Below are positions 19,321-28,542 of a stretch of DNA of 54,510 nt, in pieces. The DNA comes from a virus. Its lineage: Duplodnaviria; Caudoviricetes. The notes beneath the pieces are model-generated. The model made no database searches and was not told where the DNA came from. It saw only the letters and a list, made by a program, of their open reading frames with translations. The stretch covers positions 1-54,510 of IMG/VR virus record IMGVR_UViG_3300027819_000015; one strand, given 5' to 3'. How positions within the stretch are numbered: the stretch's first letter is position 1; the number at the start of each line of letters is the position of its first letter. Made by a program: the position numbers and the translations under genes.

Positions 19321-20715
19321 ATGTCATTTAGACGTTATACGTTAAATAAAACAGCAACAATCTCAACACTAGGGGTTAGCGGAAATGCTGGAGCATCAAC
19401 ATTACTTGTTGTTGGAGCACAATATGATGTTGATAAAAATAAAAAATATTTATACAGAATATTAGGGTCAATAGACACAAATGCTATTTCATCAGATATA
19501 GTAGATGGTAATGTAACTAATATTACAACAAATTCTAGTGCCTCTGCAATATTAAACATATTTAACATAAAAACATCAGAACCTAACGCGTATGAGTTTA
19601 CAATAAATATTCTACCTTTAACAAAAATATGGTCTGAGGGTAGAGGAAATAAAATAGACACATTTACACAAGTTGGCTATGTAAGTTGGTTAAATGCATC
19701 TTCGACTGGGGCTTGGTCTCTATCTGGTGGTGACTTTATAATAGATTCAAATTCTGCTAGTCAATATTTTGAAACAGGATATGAAAATTTAACAGCTAAC
19801 ATAAAATCAGCAGTAAACAATTGGTTGAATGGTATATCTGCAAATAATGGATTTATAATTAAAGCAGATGGTATTGCAGAAGCATTAACTGGAACTACAT
19901 CGACGAATACTCAATATTTTGGTAAATATTTTCTTTCAAGACATACAAATTACCAAACAAAATATCCATATTTAGAAATTTCATGGGATGGTGAAATTAG
20001 AGACTATAGATCTTTAATAACTTTAGGTAATTCTGCTAATTTATATTTTTATAATTTAGTAAATGGTGTTTTAACAGATATAGACGGCGTAACAACAAAA
20101 TTTCCAGGAAGTGTAACAATAAGCGGTGCAACAGCTGGTGTAACAAGCACAACATTTTCTTCAATAACAGCTAGCTTATCAGCAAGTAGAGAAAAAAAGG
20201 GAATATATAAAGTTAATTTTACATTACCAATATCCGCAAATACTTATAACTATTTCAAAGATGTCTGGACTATTACTTCTTCATTTTCGGCACTGTCTTC
20301 ATCTGTTGAACAAGTATTTACAAAAAATATTTCATTAAATCCAAATAATAGTTTAAATGTAACAGATTTAAATATAATATTAAGAGATTTTAAAACAGAA
20401 ATAAATAAAAATCAAATAGTTTATCAAAGAATATATGTAAAAACAAGTTCACCAAATGCTTTACCAACATTAACAGCATCAACAACTTCATTAAATAGTT
20501 TATTGATAGAAGATGGTTACTATAAAATATTAGTAAGCAAAACAAATGAAACTTATGTTGATTGGCAAAAACTTGAATTTGACTCATTTGGTAATTTTTT
20601 TATTATAGATTCTAATAATTACGTAAGAGATGTTGATTTTAAAATTGTATTAAAAATGAATTATATGGGACAAACATTTATTAAAGAATTTAATAAAACA
20701 TTTAAAATAATTTAA
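19321..20715 (+). CDS. virion structural protein (DNRLRE-like N-terminal domain)
   Basis: PLT..W.EG.G, W...GGDF, W.....NNGF.IK, SR.T...P.LE..W. Confidence 0.6.
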   Translation: MSFRRYTLNKTATISTLGVSGNAGASTLLVVGAQYDVDKNKKYLYRILGSIDTNAISSDIVDGNVTNITTNSSASAILNIFNIKTSEPNAYEFTINILPLTKIWSEGRGNKIDTFTQVGYVSWLNASSTGAWSLSGGDFIIDSNSASQYFETGYENLTANIKSAVNNWLNGISANNGFIIKADGIAEALTGTTSTNTQYFGKYFLSRHTNYQTKYPYLEISWDGEIRDYRSLITLGNSANLYFYNLVNGVLTDIDGVTTKFPGSVTISGATAGVTSTTFSSITASLSASREKKGIYKVNFTLPISANTYNYFKDVWTITSSFSALSSSVEQVFTKNISLNPNNSLNVTDLNIILRDFKTEINKNQIVYQRIYVKTSSPNALPTLTASTTSLNSLLIEDGYYKILVSKTNETYVDWQKLEFDSFGNFFIIDSNNYVRDVDFKIVLKMNYMGQTFIKEFNKTFKII

Positions 20716-23700
20716 TGTCATTAACGGGCTCATATAATAATTTAACATTTAAAAACTATAACGAATTATCAAGAAAATTTTTTGATTTCAATTCTTTATC
20801 TAGTTCTTTTATAGATAATTCTTTATCTTCATTAAGAAATTCAGCAAATCTTAATATAGATTATTCTAATTTTAAAGAACATATATTTTTTAATTCTGCA
20901 GAAATTAAAGTAACAGATGCTATTAAAAAAATATTAACAACATATCCCATAGGTATTTCTGGTGCATCAACAGCATCATTATCTGCACAAAATGTAGCTG
21001 AAGTTGATAATTATATTTTAAATTTAAATGGATTTGAAAGATATGTTTTAAATTATCTTGGTGGTATTACTGGGAAAAACAGTAATTTAACACTAACATC
21101 ATCTGTAACATCAAACAGTGGTGTTTCTGTACCTGTTGTTTTTATAGAAAGAAATGCCCAAAATGCTATATTGGGTAGTCAATCAGCTTTAACTGCAAAT
21201 TTATATTCTTTAGCTTTAGCGTTTGATTCTGGATTAAATAGAATATTTTTAACATCTGGAACCGCTGACCATGATGTTATTTTTGAAGATGATAATATGT
21301 TATATAGTTCAAAGATTGTACCCGAATCAACAAATGAGTATATAAACAGAAGTTCTGAAATTAAAAATTTATTACCAGAAATATTTCTATCAAATGATAT
21401 AAACAATGTTTTTACTAGATATATTTATACCATTGGTCAAGTTTTTGATGACATAAAAGTTTATATAGATCAATTTTCTAATATAAACCATATATCATAT
21501 TCAGAACACAATTCTGTACCTCAAGGTTTATATCAACAATTGTTAGCAAAGCATTTTGGCTTTGAACTTGTTGATACTATGATGTACAAAGATATATCAT
21601 CATATTTAAGAAAAGATAGTTCAAAAAATCCACTATATACTGTAACATATAAAATTTGGAATAGAATTCTAAATAATCTTGTTTATATCTTAAAAAGAAA
21701 GGGAAGTAAAGAATCTGTCTATGCTTTAATACGTTCATATGGTTTACCAGAAAACTTTATGAATATAAATGATTATAATTTTTATCCAGAACCAACATTA
21801 CAAAATAAAATTGAGTATAAAAATGTTAAAGCTTTAAAATTTAATCAAGGTGGTTGGATAGAATTTAATAATAGTTTATCAGGGAGTTTTTCAGCAACTA
21901 CAGATTTTTCAATAGAAGCTAGAGTGTCAACATCTGCATTATCTAATTCACACTATATATTACATTTCCAAGCATCTCCATCTAGCTCTGGTTATCAGTT
22001 ATATTTCGATCAAAATATTAGAAGCCTAAGATTTAATTTATTTGGTGAACTTGGTAGTTCTTATATTTCAATAAGTTCAGCAGCATTAAATGCAGCATTG
22101 AGTTCAAATAATTTAGATAACATTAGTCATGTAAATATTTTAGCAACAAGAAGAAACAATTCATTAAAACTTTCAGCTGGTTGGATAGATGAAACATCTG
22201 GCAGTGCAATGTTATATGTTGTATCTGGTTCTACAGCAAATGTGTCTAGTGGAACAATATCTGCAAATGCAAAATTTACAATAGGTGCATCCGCAAATGG
22301 TGTATCTTCTTGGAATGGTATAATATCAGAAGTAAAATTCTATAATTTTTCATTATCAGATGTAGATTTTAAAGAACATATTAGAAATTTTGAGAGTTTA
22401 AGTTTTATGAATACTGTATCTGGGAGTCTTTCTGGCGTTATAGGGCAATGGAAATTAAAAGAAGCATTAACTTTAACTGGAACAAAAAATATTATTGTTA
22501 ATACTTTAAACACATCAATAACTGGTGCAGCAAGCGGAACTCTTACATCTAATAATTTTTATACACAATTAGAAAATGTAAGAAAAGAAACATCATTTAC
22601 AAATGCTGGCGATTTTATAGACGACAATGTTGATGTTTATGTTAGTACAAATAGTAAATTTAAAAAATCAAACATTATTAATATATCATTTAACCCAGTA
22701 TCTATAATTAACAGTGATATAATAAATTTATTTGGAAATATTGATATAAGTGAATTAATATCTGATCCATCGAATTTTTATAGTGTTAGTGCTAATAACA
22801 TGACACATAAAGGTTATAAAAATTTATCTGTCAGTGCACATACTGTATTTTCAAGATATAATAGCAAAATAAATTTCAACAATTATATACAATCATTAGA
22901 AAATATTTCACCTATTATAAACGGTATCATAAATGATATTCAACAATTGTTGCCAGCAAGATCTTATGTAAATAATAGAGGCGTTGTTGTTGAGCCTCAT
23001 TTGTTAGAAAAAAATAGACATATAAAAGAAGCTGATACTATTTCAGAAGTAACACAGTTTAAACCAAAAATAGATTTCTTAGAAGAAATTAAATTTAATA
23101 ATAAAACAGATACAACAGAGACAAATAACGCTTTAATAACAAGTGCTGCTATATTGGATGGTGAAAAATATTCTACAACAGATTATTTATCTTTAACATC
23201 TGAACAATTATTATATGTAAGTAAAAATGAAACATATAGTAATTTTAAACAAATAAATGAAAATACTATAGTACTTCCAGCAGAACAAAAAGTTAATAAT
23301 CCAAATGATACAAAATTAGTAGTATCATTTAACAGAAATTTCATGAAAAATTTATCAACAGTGACAGATTGGACATCTAGTATAACAGGTAATATGAAGT
23401 TGGTTAGAGAAAGTACTGGTAAAATAATAAAATCAAAAGAAAAAACTGTTAGATTAAATATACCAGCAACGCAATTAACAACTGGGTTAAACAATTTCTT
23501 TAATATAGAAATTGACGGTGTTTTATTAGATAATACAGTTCAGCAACACGATTTTATATTAGACACAAAAAATGGATTAAATTTTAAAATAACAAGAATT
23601 AATGATTTTTTAGATAGAGATTTTGGTATTCTTTATTTAAGATTAACTAATATTTTAAACGGTAAATCATCAGATTTACCAATTATACTTGTAACTGATG

Positions 23701-23771
23701 AAAATTCATTTGGAGGAACAATATCAATAGAAAGTAATAACAGTTCTTCAAATCCAAATTTAGCAATTTAA
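20715..23771 (+). CDS. gp7-like baseplate protein with LamG domain
   Basis: IW.RILNNL..ILK.KG...S..ALI..YG; LamG (FSIEAR, WNGIISEVKFY); PAR....G.V.EPHLLE. Confidence 0.7.
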   Translation: MSLTGSYNNLTFKNYNELSRKFFDFNSLSSSFIDNSLSSLRNSANLNIDYSNFKEHIFFNSAEIKVTDAIKKILTTYPIGISGASTASLSAQNVAEVDNYILNLNGFERYVLNYLGGITGKNSNLTLTSSVTSNSGVSVPVVFIERNAQNAILGSQSALTANLYSLALAFDSGLNRIFLTSGTADHDVIFEDDNMLYSSKIVPESTNEYINRSSEIKNLLPEIFLSNDINNVFTRYIYTIGQVFDDIKVYIDQFSNINHISYSEHNSVPQGLYQQLLAKHFGFELVDTMMYKDISSYLRKDSSKNPLYTVTYKIWNRILNNLVYILKRKGSKESVYALIRSYGLPENFMNINDYNFYPEPTLQNKIEYKNVKALKFNQGGWIEFNNSLSGSFSATTDFSIEARVSTSALSNSHYILHFQASPSSSGYQLYFDQNIRSLRFNLFGELGSSYISISSAALNAALSSNNLDNISHVNILATRRNNSLKLSAGWIDETSGSAMLYVVSGSTANVSSGTISANAKFTIGASANGVSSWNGIISEVKFYNFSLSDVDFKEHIRNFESLSFMNTVSGSLSGVIGQWKLKEALTLTGTKNIIVNTLNTSITGAASGTLTSNNFYTQLENVRKETSFTNAGDFIDDNVDVYVSTNSKFKKSNIINISFNPVSIINSDIINLFGNIDISELISDPSNFYSVSANNMTHKGYKNLSVSAHTVFSRYNSKINFNNYIQSLENISPIINGIINDIQQLLPARSYVNNRGVVVEPHLLEKNRHIKEADTISEVTQFKPKIDFLEEIKFNNKTDTTETNNALITSAAILDGEKYSTTDYLSLTSEQLLYVSKNETYSNFKQINENTIVLPAEQKVNNPNDTKLVVSFNRNFMKNLSTVTDWTSSITGNMKLVRESTGKIIKSKEKTVRLNIPATQLTTGLNNFFNIEIDGVLLDNTVQQHDFILDTKNGLNFKITRINDFLDRDFGILYLRLTNILNGKSSDLPIILVTDENSFGGTISIESNNSSSNPNLAI

Positions 23772-23773
23772 TA

Positions 23774-23782
23774 ATATTTATA
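23774..23782 (+). promoter_or_regulatory. putative late promoter core ATATTTATA
   Basis: Same core as before sheath and tube, in a 30-bp gap before GAGG RBS. Confidence 0.4.
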
Positions 23783-23801
23783 TAAAAAAGAGGAAAATAC
23801 G

Positions 23802-24404
23802 ATGGGATTTATAGATTCTGCTTCAGCAACTGTTGTTGCAATATTAACAACTGATGGTAGAAACGCTTTAGCAAAAAATGATGGTTCATTTAGAATAACA
23901 AAGTTTGCTTTTAGTGATGATGAAATAAATTATTCTTTATATAATGCAGATACAGATGATGATACTGATATTTTAAATTTGCCAATATTAGAACCTAGTT
24001 CTAATCCACAAACAGCATTGAGATATAGATTAGTTACATTACCAAAAGGATCTTTATCAATTGGATTTTTAACTGCAACACCTACAGAACTTGTATTATC
24101 ACAAAGAAATACAATAAATAGAAATGCTCCTAGACAAGGTGTTATATTTGTTCAGACTGTAGAGGGATTTGATTATAATGGCTATATTGCTACAAGTAGA
24201 AATCCCGAAATAGCAACAGTTGATGTTTCTAATGTTGCAACTATAATTGATGATAATGGAAATACAACAGCAATTATAACTATTAAATCTTCAACAACCA
24301 ATGGTACAACATTTGTTGATATTATAGGTAAAGATACTGGTTCTATTGTTTCAATACCAGTAACTGTTTCTTCATTCTTAACAGAAGATGATTCTGTTTT
24401 ATAA
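23802..24404 (+). CDS. baseplate/tail-fibre attachment protein, paralog A1
   Basis: AILT..GR..LA...F.ITKFAFSDDEINY; Ig-like C-terminal half. Confidence 0.65.
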   Translation: MGFIDSASATVVAILTTDGRNALAKNDGSFRITKFAFSDDEINYSLYNADTDDDTDILNLPILEPSSNPQTALRYRLVTLPKGSLSIGFLTATPTELVLSQRNTINRNAPRQGVIFVQTVEGFDYNGYIATSRNPEIATVDVSNVATIIDDNGNTTAIITIKSSTTNGTTFVDIIGKDTGSIVSIPVTVSSFLTEDDSVL

Positions 24405-24419
24405 AAAATAAAATAAAAT

Positions 24420-25193
24420 ATGTTTATTACAAGTTCAACCGGAAATGTTATAGCTATATTATCAAGAGTAGGAAAACAATTACTATCTGATAATTCTTCA
24501 CAATTTAAAATAACTGGATTTAAATTTTCAGATGATGAAATAAACTATGCTTTATATGATGGATCAAGCCAAGATGCTGCAAATACTGATATTTTAAATC
24601 TACCAATATTAGAACCTAGTTCTAATGGTAATGGGGGTGCAGCACAAAGATATGAATTATTATCATTGGGATTTGGTATTTTAAATGTTGCTACTATATC
24701 TACAAATATTCAAAATACACCATTCGATAGTGGTGATATTGGTAAAACTTTTGATTTTTTTATTAAAACAAATAGAGCATACGATTCTGTGTATTATCTT
24801 AAATCATCAGATGAAAGTATTGTTTCAGTTGACTCTAGTTTTATTGAATCAACATTAGATCCAGAAATATCACAAGCATTTCAAAGACAGAGTTATGTTA
24901 AAACTCAATTAACAATTAAGGGGGTTGGATTTGCAACGATTCAAATAAATGGTTCAAACAGTAAATCTTTTTATACAAAAAATATAAGAGTAATAAATAG
25001 ATTAGCAGAAATAGAAAAAATAGAAACAACACCGCCAGCTATTGATTTAAGAAAATTAACAAAAGAAGAAATAGAGATAATTAACGCAGCAGATATTATA
25101 AAACAAAAATTAACACAAAAAACTACTTCTTTAAGAAATAATGAATTAGATAATACTGAAGATTTACCACCAAAAAATCAAATAGGAAAATAA
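24420..25193 (+). CDS. baseplate/tail-fibre attachment protein, paralog A2
   Basis: Paralog of 23802: FSDDEINY.LY, TDILNLPILEPSSN. Confidence 0.65.
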   Translation: MFITSSTGNVIAILSRVGKQLLSDNSSQFKITGFKFSDDEINYALYDGSSQDAANTDILNLPILEPSSNGNGGAAQRYELLSLGFGILNVATISTNIQNTPFDSGDIGKTFDFFIKTNRAYDSVYYLKSSDESIVSVDSSFIESTLDPEISQAFQRQSYVKTQLTIKGVGFATIQINGSNSKSFYTKNIRVINRLAEIEKIETTPPAIDLRKLTKEEIEIINAADIIKQKLTQKTTSLRNNELDNTEDLPPKNQIGK

Positions 25194-25197
25194 AAAT

Positions 25198-26070
25198 ATG
25201 GGAATCACAAAATTTAATCAAAATGACACAATTGTTGAAAAATTAGATATACAAAATGCAGCATTAACAATATCAACTACAGCTCAAGCAAATGCTTCTG
25301 GCTTATGGGTATTTGTATGTAATTCAACAACAGCTGGTACATTATATAAACCAGATTCGTCTTCTAATTCGTCTTCTACTATAAGTACTTCATCTGCATT
25401 TAGACATATTGCAAATTATTTCTTTGGTTCTAATACATATATACCTGATTCATATGATAATACTATACAAAGAACAACTGTTAGAGTAATTCAATTGGGT
25501 AGACCTGTATTAGATGAAGGATTTTATAAAAATACATTAACAGCTGTATTAAGTGCAACATTATTTTCTATAACAGCAAAAGATATTGCAGATACAAATT
25601 CAGAAGGAAGTGCTTTAGGTTTAACAGGATCTTTAATAAATTCTAGTAATACAGCAGATAAAATAGGTACTGTTTTTTATGATCATGGTGTTGTTGTTTT
25701 GCACGGTGGAAGCGGAACATCATCAACTTTGATTTCTTCATCTTCTGGATTTAGTGTTAACAGTGGTTATGCAACAAGACCAAGTGATATTTCTTTAGTT
25801 TCTTTTAGATTTCAAACAAGAAATATTTTAAAAAGATCGACGTTTTTTTGCAGAGCTTTAAATTATGAATATAATTATACAACAAATCCAACTGCAAGAA
25901 ATTCAGATGGTTCATTAATAGCTTCACTATCAACTAATCCAGCAACATATATAACAACCGTTGGTTTATATGGTGATAATGGTTCTTTATTAGCTGTTGG
26001 GAAATTATCGACACCAAAAAAGAAAACATTTACTGAAGAAGTTGTATTAAAAGTGAGTATAGATATTTAA
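25198..26070 (+). CDS. virion structural protein, paralog B1
   Basis: IG.VFY..G, NY..NP, YITTVGLY.DNG.LLAVGKLS.P.KK. Confidence 0.7.
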   Translation: MGITKFNQNDTIVEKLDIQNAALTISTTAQANASGLWVFVCNSTTAGTLYKPDSSSNSSSTISTSSAFRHIANYFFGSNTYIPDSYDNTIQRTTVRVIQLGRPVLDEGFYKNTLTAVLSATLFSITAKDIADTNSEGSALGLTGSLINSSNTADKIGTVFYDHGVVVLHGGSGTSSTLISSSSGFSVNSGYATRPSDISLVSFRFQTRNILKRSTFFCRALNYEYNYTTNPTARNSDGSLIASLSTNPATYITTVGLYGDNGSLLAVGKLSTPKKKTFTEEVVLKVSIDI

Positions 26071-26093
26071 CTGTTTTTTAATAGAAATAAAAT

Positions 26094-27299
26094 ATGGATA
26101 TAAATTTATTACCACCAAAAATAATAAAAGAAAATGAAGATTTAAAAAACAACAAAGTTGTAATAGAAAAAATTAAGAGTGAAAATTTTTCTAAAATATC
26201 AACAACAATTGAAAGAGATGTTTATGTAGATAATAATTCATCAGCAACGGCAAATATATTTTTCTTCAAGGGTATTAAAAATACATATAGCAGCTCTGAT
26301 TTAGCAGCATCATCTATTGTAACATTTTCTAATTTTTTAAATATAACTTCTTCTTCTACTATTTCTTCTATATATGAACACATAAGAAGTTATGTGTATA
26401 GACCATTGAATTGGCAAACGTATATAGCAAGTAATCGTGGGCCATATATAACTAGTAGCTCAACTACAGGGTTACCTACATTACCATCTATTTCTGGTGC
26501 ATTAACTGGTATAAGAACTATAGTTTTTAATAAAAAAATTGTAAATGATTCTATTAAAAGAAACACATTAAGAATAGCTATATCACCCGTTAATGTAAAT
26601 TTATTTTTTAGAGGACTTAATTTTTCAAATAATACTGGAACAAATAGTTCATCAGGGCAATATGCATCAATAACAGGTCAACAAGGATTATCTGGGTCAT
26701 TATCTAGTGGTATATTAGGAAAAGCAGTAACCGCATTTACAATAGGAATAAGATTTAAACCAAAAAATGCTGGACCAGAAAATCAAACATTATTACATAG
26801 AAGAATTGCAGATAAATCTTTATCTTCATTAAACTATGCAGTAACACCAGGTGTAAATTCTAGTATTATAACAACAAAATATATAGATTTAAATCCATTA
26901 TCAGCTGTAACAAATTTTACAGAAAAAATACAAACATTTACGTTTAATCAATGGAATACTTCTAGTGAACCATTAACATCAATTGTTGTAAATTTAACTA
27001 ATAAAGGTGGCGGACAATTATTCTGGTCTGCTTCTGCACAAAATTTAAATGCTGATGGTATAAATTGGTTATCATTATCAAGCGCATTAACAGCTGGTAC
27101 GATACATTCTTATTCTAATACAAGTTCTGCAACAGCATCTATAACAGCAATTGTTGCAAAATCTATAACTGGATATGCATTAGGAACACAACAAACTTCT
27201 AATATTGTAATTTATAATTCATCAACATCAGAAGTTTGTTATAATCTACCATTAATAATTCCTATTAAAATAACAACACAAGAAAGTGTAGCATCATAA
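26094..27299 (+). CDS. virion structural protein (N-half of paralog B2; BACON/Ig-like C-terminus)
   Basis: DSIKRNT motif like B1/B3; LamG start FTIGIRFKP; LTNKGGG.L.W...WL.L. Confidence 0.6.
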   Translation: MDINLLPPKIIKENEDLKNNKVVIEKIKSENFSKISTTIERDVYVDNNSSATANIFFFKGIKNTYSSSDLAASSIVTFSNFLNITSSSTISSIYEHIRSYVYRPLNWQTYIASNRGPYITSSSTTGLPTLPSISGALTGIRTIVFNKKIVNDSIKRNTLRIAISPVNVNLFFRGLNFSNNTGTNSSSGQYASITGQQGLSGSLSSGILGKAVTAFTIGIRFKPKNAGPENQTLLHRRIADKSLSSLNYAVTPGVNSSIITTKYIDLNPLSAVTNFTEKIQTFTFNQWNTSSEPLTSIVVNLTNKGGGQLFWSASAQNLNADGINWLSLSSALTAGTIHSYSNTSSATASITAIVAKSITGYALGTQQTSNIVIYNSSTSEVCYNLPLIIPIKITTQESVAS

Positions 27300-27303
27300 T
27301 ATT

Positions 27304-28542
27304 ATGTCTTGGCCTGGTTTAAAATTAAATTTTTATAAAAGCACTGGTATATTTAATCTTTCTGTGTGTGATCATAGAGAAACTGGTAATACTACTTTAT
27401 TAAATTCTACAAGTGGCATTTGGAATATTGGAAACAATATTAATATATATGATGGAAATGCTCATACGTTAATGGCTGCTTGGTCGATGAATGACAATTC
27501 TATGTTATTTGAGGGAGAAAGTGATAGTACATATATTGTAAGAAATGGTTTATTAATATTTGATAATATTATATATCCAAATTCTAATGTCAATATATTA
27601 GGTGGTAAAAGAACGTCATTAAATTTTGCTTATAATGAATTGGGACAATCAACGTTTCTTGCAATTGGTGGAGAATTACAAAATCAAGCTTCATCAACAT
27701 CTGTTTTAAATCATACAGAAGTTGCTAATAATTTTAATGGAACAATACAAGATATAGTAATTTGGGATAGAGTTTTAACATCAAATGACACTGCTTATTT
27801 TTATGAACAGATGACAAATCCTTGGTTAGCTTTTTATAATAATGAAGATCCATTAACTGGTGCGAATTTGAAATCACTTTCTGCTAATGTAATAGCGTAT
27901 TATAAATTGAGTCAAGAATCATTAACAGGTAATTCAATAACGGCTAAAGATTATTCTGGTACAAGTAATGGAGGTGCACAAACAAATTCAGCGACAGGAA
28001 ATACTTTAAGCTTTTTTGGAACAACGCTTGATGCTAATAATATATACACGATAGTAGACACAAATAGTGTTACTCAAAACTTTGTTCATTCTTCTGGTGA
28101 TTTACAATTTTCTGATGAAAACGGTATAACAAGAAAAATTGGTAAAATTTTTTATGATTTAGGTATATTAGTTTTTGATAATGAATACAATAATTCTTCA
28201 AGCGGCTTGCCATTATTAAAAACATTGGCATTATCTGGCATGTCATTTGCACAAAATACTCCAAATTTCTATATAAATTATATGAATTTTACTTCTATTG
28301 AAAATATAGAAAGAATGAATATTAATTTAAATGCAACTGGTAGTATGATGAATTTTACAGAAAATACAACAGGAATAGACGAAACAACAGGCAAACAATT
28401 ATTAGAAGAGCCAGCATGTTATGTTACTTCAGTTGCTTTATATAATGATAAAAATGAAATAATGGCAATAGCAAAATTAAATAAAGCAGTAAGAAAAGAT
28501 ATAGATCACGATGTTAATATAAACGTTAAATTAGATTTTTAA
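27304..28542 (+). CDS. virion structural protein (C-half of paralog B2)
   Basis: FNGTIQDIVIWDRVL, IGKIFYDLG, YVTSVALYND.NE..AIAKL. Confidence 0.7.
   Translation: MSWPGLKLNFYKSTGIFNLSVCDHRETGNTTLLNSTSGIWNIGNNINIYDGNAHTLMAAWSMNDNSMLFEGESDSTYIVRNGLLIFDNIIYPNSNVNILGGKRTSLNFAYNELGQSTFLAIGGELQNQASSTSVLNHTEVANNFNGTIQDIVIWDRVLTSNDTAYFYEQMTNPWLAFYNNEDPLTGANLKSLSANVIAYYKLSQESLTGNSITAKDYSGTSNGGAQTNSATGNTLSFFGTTLDANNIYTIVDTNSVTQNFVHSSGDLQFSDENGITRKIGKIFYDLGILVFDNEYNNSSSGLPLLKTLALSGMSFAQNTPNFYINYMNFTSIENIERMNINLNATGSMMNFTENTTGIDETTGKQLLEEPACYVTSVALYNDKNEIMAIAKLNKAVRKDIDHDVNINVKLDF

Noticed and set aside
25355-25378. 12-bp tandem duplication ATTCGTCTTCTA
   Set aside because: In-frame two-copy slip in a Ser-rich linker; no sign of function
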